This document shows, one piece after another, positions 57,778 to 64,000 of a stretch of 64,000 bases of DNA; positions within the stretch are counted from its first letter, which is position 1; each line of letters opens with the position of its first letter. Both the position numbers and the translations under genes were made by a program. Under the pieces are notes generated by a model. It was not told the DNA's origin, ran no database searches, and was given only the letters and a program-made list of their open reading frames with translations. The DNA is from Vicinamibacterales bacterium (GTDB taxonomy: Bacteria; Acidobacteriota; Vicinamibacteria; Vicinamibacterales; UBA2999). The DNA lies in NCBI GenBank assembly GCA_038919385.1, contig JBCKZH010000004.1:1132-65131 (forward strand), in the 5' to 3' direction.

Positions 57778-58179
57778 AGACCCGTCGCTAAATACGAGCA
57801 GCGCGATAAGTGCACGATCGGCTTCGGGGAACGGCAGGCCGGCCAGCTCGTCTCGTCGCACCCAGCGCATGCCCTGGCCCATCATCGGCTTCAGTTCGCC
57901 AACGAACTCACAGCGATAGAAGAACAACTCGACGGTCTTCTCCGGGTACGCGTGCGTTACGGTGTGAACGAGATCGCCGACCGTCGCGACGATGTCGAGT
58001 TCTTCGAACAGCTCGCGGCGCAGCGCTTCAGCGTGCGTCTCGCTGTCGTGAACCTTGCCGCCTGGGAACTCCCAATGGTCCGCCAGGTGCGTACCCGCCG
58101 GCCGCAGCGTCAACAAGAACGCGTCGTCACGCTCGATGACCGCCGCGACCACAACAATCGGATTCCCAGTGGATGACAA
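57745..58179 (-). CDS. mutT: MutT-like Nudix pyrophosphohydrolase
   Basis: WEFPGGK...ET..EALRRELFEEL and FPEAD motifs. Confidence 0.8.
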   Translation of the reverse strand: MSSTGNPIVVVAAVIERDDAFLLTLRPAGTHLADHWEFPGGKVHDSETHAEALRRELFEELDIVATVGDLVHTVTHAYPEKTVELFFYRCEFVGELKPMMGQGMRWVRRDELAGLPFPEADRALIALLVFSDGSSDQPDPPDSA

Positions 58180-58242
58180 GACTGTGAGCTTCTTGAATCG
58201 GTGACTAATCCGTGTCTAATCGGTGGCTGTCGAATCGGTGGC

Positions 58243-59277
58243 TCATTTCGGCCCGGAAGCGCCCACCGGGACTGGCTGAATCCACGCGATCTTGCCGTTG
58301 GATTCGATCACCTTCGCGCGCACGTAGCCCTCGTCGCCCTTGAAGCTGTAGCTCGCCGTCGGCGTCGTCACCTCACTCAGCACGCGGCCCTGACGGCCAA
58401 TGAACTGGATGCGGTACTTGCTGGAAGCTTCGGCCTTCACCGCCAGCGACAGAGATGACGCGTTCGCGTCCACCGACAGCATCTGCACACCAGTCGACGA
58501 ATAGAAGTCGCCGCGTTCGAGCGCCTCGACCAGCGCGCGTGCTTCGAGCCGGGGAGAACGTATGTAGACCCAGCCCTTCCCGGGACGCGGCGCTGCCGGA
58601 TCTTCAGGCCGCTTGAAATAGTGCGCGTCGTCCACGGCTATGCCGTATAGCAGCTTGCCGCTCGACAGAATGCGATCCCATGTCTCTTCGAGACTGGGTA
58701 CGCCGCCACCGCCGAGATTATTCACGGTGGGGTGACCGTTGAAGACTTCAAAAAGGCGCGTCCGCTGGATCTGTCCGAGTTCATCCGGGGTGATCGCCCA
58801 GCCGAAGTTGGGGTGGTTGATGCTCGGCACCCCGCGCGCGTCGCGAATGGCGTCGACCATCCGCTGTGCGACCTCGAGCACCGAGTTGCCGGACGGCGCC
58901 GGGACGAGACGATCCAAGTCGAGCCCGTTGACATGAATCGGCTTGTCGCCGTACCGGCCCGTGACTTCTTCGCCCTTCACGACCAGAAACTTGTCGGCGG
59001 CGCCGTGTACCGCGTTCAGGCCGTCCACGCTCGTGAGGTAGTTGTGATCGGTGAGCACCAGGAACTGGTAGTCCCTCTCCCGATACCACCGCACTACATC
59101 GTCCGGCGTCGAATCGCCGTCGCTGTTCACCGTGTGGGTGTGGAGGTTGCCTTTGAACCACTTTGGGGCGGGTGGGGCGGGTGGGGCAGTTTGGGCGGGT
59201 AGGGACAGCGCCGCAAGTGTAGAAACAACCGCAACGCAGGCCGGCACAAAAAGGAAGAGTCGCGGCCTCGACATCAT
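58243..59277 (-). CDS. Secreted PHP-domain (CehA/McbA-like) metallohydrolase
   Basis: GNLHTHT..SDG, TDHN, GEE, NHP and DDAH motifs. Confidence 0.88.
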   Translation of the reverse strand: MMSRPRLFLFVPACVAVVSTLAALSLPAQTAPPAPPAPKWFKGNLHTHTVNSDGDSTPDDVVRWYRERDYQFLVLTDHNYLTSVDGLNAVHGAADKFLVVKGEEVTGRYGDKPIHVNGLDLDRLVPAPSGNSVLEVAQRMVDAIRDARGVPSINHPNFGWAITPDELGQIQRTRLFEVFNGHPTVNNLGGGGVPSLEETWDRILSSGKLLYGIAVDDAHYFKRPEDPAAPRPGKGWVYIRSPRLEARALVEALERGDFYSSTGVQMLSVDANASSLSLAVKAEASSKYRIQFIGRQGRVLSEVTTPTASYSFKGDEGYVRAKVIESNGKIAWIQPVPVGASGPK

Positions 59278-60113
59278 TCTACGGTCACCTTCACAGGCGC
59301 ATCATTCCATACGACTGTAACTTCCGTGCCGGGTGTCACAAAATCGCGGTGGACGTAGCCCAGGCCCACGATCGCTTCCCTGCCTGGCGAAAACGCGGCG
59401 CTGGTGACGCGGCCGATGTCGCGGCTTGCGGCGAAGATTCGCGCGCCTGCCGGCGGCACGACGGCGGCCGACGGATCGGCCTTCCAGCGCACCAGCTTCT
59501 TCGCCACCCGCCCGCCACCGCGATGCGTCACGCGAACGATCACTTCCTGGCCGACGTAGCAGCCCTTCGTGAACGAGATCGCGCGGTCTTCGATGCCGGC
59601 CTCGAGCGGAATGGTGTCGGTGTCCATGTCGATGAGAAACCGCGGGATGCCGCGTTCAATGCGGACGACTTCGAAGGTATCGAGATCGATCTCCGGATAC
59701 GCCAAGCCGTGCGGCTCGCCAGCGCTGACGATCACATTGATGAAGGCGGTGTCTTCGGGGGGGATCGCGGTCCACACCTCAAGCGCCCCGGTCTGATCGA
59801 GCACCTGGGCATCCTCCGTGAAGATCAACCCGTCCAGCCTCTCTCGAAGCGAGGCAGCGAGCGAGGCCGGCACACCGAGCAGCAGCCGATCCGCGCGGGC
59901 AATGACGTCCATGTCCGTAATCATCCGGCCCTGCGGCGTGAGGTACGCCGCATAACGGGCCTCGCCCGGGGTCAGCGACGCCACATCATTGGTGACCAGG
60001 CCCTGGAGCCAGGCGCCGCGATCGGCCCCGGTAATGGCCAAAACACCGCGGTCGGTCCGCCTGACCACACCGCCGTCCGTCCGGAGGGCCCGGTAGCCGT
60101 CGAGGGAAAACAT
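59274..60113 (-). CDS. ygfZ: YgfZ/GcvT-like folate-binding protein
   Basis: LQGLVTND, KGCYVGQE and G.VTS motifs. Confidence 0.9.
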   Translation of the reverse strand: MFSLDGYRALRTDGGVVRRTDRGVLAITGADRGAWLQGLVTNDVASLTPGEARYAAYLTPQGRMITDMDVIARADRLLLGVPASLAASLRERLDGLIFTEDAQVLDQTGALEVWTAIPPEDTAFINVIVSAGEPHGLAYPEIDLDTFEVVRIERGIPRFLIDMDTDTIPLEAGIEDRAISFTKGCYVGQEVIVRVTHRGGGRVAKKLVRWKADPSAAVVPPAGARIFAASRDIGRVTSAAFSPGREAIVGLGYVHRDFVTPGTEVTVVWNDAPVKVTVE

Positions 60114-60128
60114 GCTTTAAGCTGTTGT

Positions 60129-61805
60129 GTGACCCTCTTCCATCTTACCGGCGTTGTGCTCGCCTTACTACTGACGGCCACCGGCGCGGCCGGTCAAGTG
60201 GCGTTGCCGCCACCGCCCAGTCAAGACGCAGGCACCTCGTTCCTGGTGTTCTTCCGCTCCCAACCCATTGGGCGTGAGGAAGTGACCGTGATCCGCCAGG
60301 CCGATGCGTGGATTGTTCGCGGCTCGAGCCGGCTGGGCCCGCCCATCGACATCACGTCGCGAACCGCCGAAGTGATTTATGACCCGCAGTGGCGGCCCAA
60401 GTCGTTGCTGATCGACGGCGTGGTGCGGGGACAAGACGTCACGCTGAAGACCACGTTCGACGGCAGCAAGGCGGCCACTGTGATGTCCGTGCAGGGCGCG
60501 CCGCAATCGAAAGCCGACGCGGTCAGCGCGGATCCCGTGGTGCTCGCCAACTCGTTCCTGGGTTCCTACGCGGCGCTGGCCATGCGTCTCCAGGGGCTCA
60601 CGCCCGGCGCGGAGTTGAAGGCATACGTGGCGCCGCAGGCCGAGATCACGGTGAAGCTGGTCAGCGTCGCGCCCCAGCGCATCGACACCCCGCGCGCCGC
60701 CATCAACGCGACGTTGTTCTCGCTGGTGTTCGTGAATCCTCCGCCGGCCGGTGAGCTGTCGGTGCAACTGTGGGTCGACCCGAACGGCAACCTGCTGCGC
60801 CTGAGCATTCCGTCACAAACGCTGGAGATGGCGCGCGAAGACATCGCATCGGCGGCATCGCGAACCGCCGCATTCTCGCTGCCGGGCGATGAGGCGGTCG
60901 CCATCCCCGGTATCGGCTTCAACCTTGCTGGCACGATCACCAAGCCCGCCAACGCGACGACGCCACTGCCGGCACTGATCCTGATCGGCGGCTCCGGGCC
61001 AACCGACCGGGACGAAACCGTCGCCGGCATTCCCGTGTTCGGCCAGCTCGCTCGCGATCTCGTCGCCGCCGGCTTCATCGTCGTGCGCTACGACAAGCGC
61101 GGCGTGGGACAGAGCGGCGGCCGCGCCGAGTCGGTGACGATCGCCGACTACGCGGAAGACGCGCGCTCGGTGCTGGTGTGGCTCGAGAAGCGCAAGGACG
61201 TCGACAAGGAACGCATTGGCCTGGTGGGCCACAGCGAAGGCGCGGCGATGGCCATGCTCACGGCCGGTCGCGAACGCGGCAAGGTGGGTGCAATCGCCCT
61301 GCTCGCGGGGCCGTCCACCAACGGCGCAACCATCGTGCTCGAACAGCAGAAGCATCTGCTGGATCAGATGAAAATTGACGATGGGCAGCGGGCGGAGAAA
61401 GTGGCGCTGCAGGAGAAGATCAACGCGGCCGTGATCTCCGGACGCGGCTGGCAGGACCTGCCCGAGGCGGTGCGCAAGGTCGCCGACACGCCGTGGTTCT
61501 ACAGCTTTCTGACGTTCGATCCGGAGCGCGCGATGCGCGACACACGGCAGCCCGTACTGATCGTACAGGGGGAACTGGACACGCAGGTGAAGCCGTACCA
61601 CGCCGACCAGCTGGCGGAGTTCGCCAGGGCGAGAAAGACCCAGAGCCCAACGGAGGTGGTGAAGGTGCCCGGCATGAACCACCTGTTGGTCGCCGCGAAA
61701 ACCGGCGAGGTGGCCGAGTATCCGTCGCTCGGGTCCGACGCGAAGGTGGCGCCGCAGGTCGCCGCTGCGATCGCCGCGTTCATGGCCAAGGCGCTGCGGG
61801 ATTGA
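60129..61805 (+). CDS. Secreted alpha/beta hydrolase with N-terminal beta-rich domain
   Basis: GSGPTDRD, RYDKRGVG, GHSEG, GELD.QV and NHL motifs; start GTG 60129. Confidence 0.9.
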   Translation: MTLFHLTGVVLALLLTATGAAGQVALPPPPSQDAGTSFLVFFRSQPIGREEVTVIRQADAWIVRGSSRLGPPIDITSRTAEVIYDPQWRPKSLLIDGVVRGQDVTLKTTFDGSKAATVMSVQGAPQSKADAVSADPVVLANSFLGSYAALAMRLQGLTPGAELKAYVAPQAEITVKLVSVAPQRIDTPRAAINATLFSLVFVNPPPAGELSVQLWVDPNGNLLRLSIPSQTLEMAREDIASAASRTAAFSLPGDEAVAIPGIGFNLAGTITKPANATTPLPALILIGGSGPTDRDETVAGIPVFGQLARDLVAAGFIVVRYDKRGVGQSGGRAESVTIADYAEDARSVLVWLEKRKDVDKERIGLVGHSEGAAMAMLTAGRERGKVGAIALLAGPSTNGATIVLEQQKHLLDQMKIDDGQRAEKVALQEKINAAVISGRGWQDLPEAVRKVADTPWFYSFLTFDPERAMRDTRQPVLIVQGELDTQVKPYHADQLAEFARARKTQSPTEVVKVPGMNHLLVAAKTGEVAEYPSLGSDAKVAPQVAAAIAAFMAKALRD

Positions 61806-61808
61806 ACG

Positions 61809-62665
61809 CGCCCTCACCGCCATCCTCGCGCAGTACGACGTGCGCGTGCTCGACATTGGCCAGGCCGTCATTCACGATGGCCTGGCGTTCGGCATCCTTG
61901 GGTGAATGCGCAGGCGCGGCGGCGGTTTATCATCACGCTGCTCGGCCCGGCCATTGGCGCTTCGCACATCGCGCAGGTGTCCGGGGTGCTGGCCCGGGCC
62001 GGACTCAACATCGATCGCATCGACCGGCTGTCATCGCGCGTGCCGCTGGCGATTGATGATGCGCGGCCACGCTTCTGCGTCGAGTTCACCGCCACGGCGC
62101 AAAGTGCGGCCACGCCCGTGGACGAAGACGAGGTCCGCACCGGTTTGACGACGCTCGCTGATGCGGGCGATGTGGATGTGGCGTTCCAGCACGACTCCAT
62201 CTTCCGTCGCAATCGGCGCCTGGTCGCGTTCGACATGGACTCCACGCTGATCCAAGGCGAAGTGATCGACGAGCTGGCGGCGCTGGCCGGCGTTGGCGAC
62301 CAGATTCGCGCGATCACCGAAGCGGCCATGCGCGGCGAGCTCGACTTTCAGCAATCCTTCCGGCGGCTTCACGTTCTTCGGGAGCGTGTTGCAGCAGCGA
62401 CTCGGCATCGATCACCTGCATGCCAATACGCTGGAGATTCGCGATGGCGTGGTCACCGGTGACGTCGTGCTGCCGATCGTCGATGGTGCGCGCAAGGCGG
62501 AGATGCCGCAGGTGATTGCCGCCAGTGAGGGCTTGAGCCTGGAGCAGTGCATTGCCGTGGGGGACGGCGCGAACGATCTGCCGATGCTGCGGTTGGCCGG
62601 ATTGGGGATTGCGTTCCGCGCCAAGCCGCTGGTGCGCTCGAGCGCGCGCCAGTCGATCTCGTCAA
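61809..62665 (+). pseudogene. serB: ACT-domain phosphoserine phosphatase with several deletions
   Basis: LDIGQAVIH fragment, NIDRIDRLS, FDMDSTLI, a jump from SFRR to SGGF, then GDGANDL; both ends truncated. Confidence 0.88.
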
Positions 62666-63200
62666 GAGGCACATCATCCTCTGGGGCGACCTCTTCAAAT
62701 TCGGCGTCATCATCATCGAACATCTCTCCGACCATGGCGTGGGGATTCCTCTGGTTGTACAGCTCGCGAAGATCAAGAAAGTAGTCTTCTTCAGACACCT
62801 CGCTCATCATTCCGGCTTTGTAGAGACGAACCCACACGTCACCAGGCGATGCCGAATCGCTCAGCGGACGATGCAACATCAGTGTCACATCCTCGAATTT
62901 TTCGGCCGGGTCGCCATACGCAACCCGTCCGCTGATCGTGCCGTAGAGTTTGGCGGCCCTTTCGAAGGTGGATGACTTCATCTGGTCGCCTTTGTCCTGC
63001 ATGGATCGCTCTGGCATGACGTATAGACAGGCGACGACCGCGAATGGAAATCGCAGATGAAGAGTAATCGACTCGGTGGTCAGATCGCCGAACCGGTTCT
63101 TGATGTTCTTCGAGAATTGGCCCTTCTTCGAAAAATCGAATTCCGGAGGATTGCTGCCCTTGATTCGAGGAAAGCTCGGGAAGTTCAGCGTCTTGATCGT
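62655..63200 (-). pseudogene. Probable type II restriction endonuclease remnant
   Basis: Frame TIKTLNF...FSKNIKNRFGDL..ESITLHLRFPFAV directly after the MTase stop; lacks a start and its own stop. Confidence 0.5.
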
Positions 63201-63201
63201 A

Positions 63202-64000
63202 CTATTTTCCTGTCCGACGATTGCGCAGGAACACGGCCGCTTCTCTGAGGCGACGCAGATCCTTCAACGGCACACCGAGGGCCCGACTGGTCATCCGATC
63301 AACACGCGACTCAACCTCTTGGGCATCACCGCGCCGAGACAAAGAGTCCAATTCATTGACTGCGTCATCCGTGTTTGAGAGGACAGGAAAGAGAATCTTG
63401 GCGGCTTCGCGCGGCTCAAGCTTCAGCATCCCGCCACCCATTCCATGCCCTTCAATCTCGCAACTGAGTGCAGATAGCGAAGACGCCCAAGCCGCGGCTA
63501 GTTGGTCGGGAGAGACCGGCGCCGTTGCACGAACCCGCACAACGTGAAGGGTATTCGGCGCTACCGCTTTCGCATGGTTCAGAAACAACTTGGGCCTCAG
63601 CCCGCTCATATAGCTCAGGAACGCATCGCCAACATACACATGCGGAACGGAGTACCAAGGCGTGCGATTGCGGCACTTGTAACCCTTGGAGACGCCGGAC
63701 CTGACGCCACTCCTAAGGTAGGCGCCCACGTGCTGGTTGGGCTCTAGGTCCGCAGTCTTAACGGAGAGCAGAAAGTTGCGGTCGCCTCTCAGGCTAAGCG
63801 CCTTCCAATCGGCGCTATTGAATGACAATCCGCCCACATCGCGCGCATTCCTTAAGGACTTCGCGAGATATCGCTTCGGAATCTGCCATTTGGCCACATC
63901 CTCGACCGACAGATGGAAGAAGTCGTTGTTCCCAGTGACGTACCCAATACCAACATCCGCCACCTCTCCGAGACCGATCACTTGACTGTGCGAAGCCAGT
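63202..64000 (-). CDS. N6-adenine DNA methyltransferase (Eco57I/PaeR7I-like), C-terminal part; continues past the window edge
   Basis: IGYVTGNNDFF, YKCRNRTPWY and GGGMLKLEPRE motifs; frame open to the edge; lower GC. Confidence 0.8.
   Translation of the reverse strand, partial: LASHSQVIGLGEVADVGIGYVTGNNDFFHLSVEDVAKWQIPKRYLAKSLRNARDVGGLSFNSADWKALSLRGDRNFLLSVKTADLEPNQHVGAYLRSGVRSGVSKGYKCRNRTPWYSVPHVYVGDAFLSYMSGLRPKLFLNHAKAVAPNTLHVVRVRATAPVSPDQLAAAWASSLSALSCEIEGHGMGGGMLKLEPREAAKILFPVLSNTDDAVNELDSLSRRGDAQEVESRVDRMTSRALGVPLKDLRRLREAAVFLRNRRTGK

Noticed and set aside
59349-60128. N-terminal extension making the hydrolase 818 aa
   Set aside because: Antisense to ygfZ; the signal peptide begins at 60129
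1-64000. tRNA, rRNA, riboswitch, reverse transcriptase/DGR, IS transposase or prophage genes
   Set aside because: None recognisable by eye; intergenic spaces are short, and covariance searches were not run

Overview
A GC-rich bacterial chromosomal window, most likely Acidobacteriota of the Vicinamibacteria/subdivision 6 type (inferred from gene content and repeat style, not proven). Intact blocks include Tat-exported enzymes, an rsmH paralogue, cotH, trmL, thyX-pcs-MFS, def, fbaB-thiI-hpnEDC-pduO, mutY/mutT and ygfZ. These alternate with accessory patches full of collapsed pseudogenes. Main observations: (1) a six-gene MoxR/DUF58/VWA cluster in mxaRSACKL order sits divergent from a secreted haem-c plus PHM-type copper-monooxygenase-like protein and its partner, with no methanol dehydrogenase in the window. 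(2) A decayed integron has its integrase co-oriented with the cassettes (intI remnant, attI-like site, attC, two cassettes). A second attC-bearing cassette cluster at the left edge carries a HEPN gene and a Zn-finger/Yip1 gene. (3) Several short palindromic or tandem repeat families occur both between genes and in frame inside genes. (4) Many genes show internal deletions that keep both ends (ychF, hsdM, intI, serB, a kinase, an ATPase, AbiEii). (5) A type I RM island and a type II RM remnant each have one subunit crippled. (6) Many genes have a leaderless promoter layout. No rRNA, tRNA or CRISPR array was seen. All calls come from reading motifs by eye; no database searches were run.
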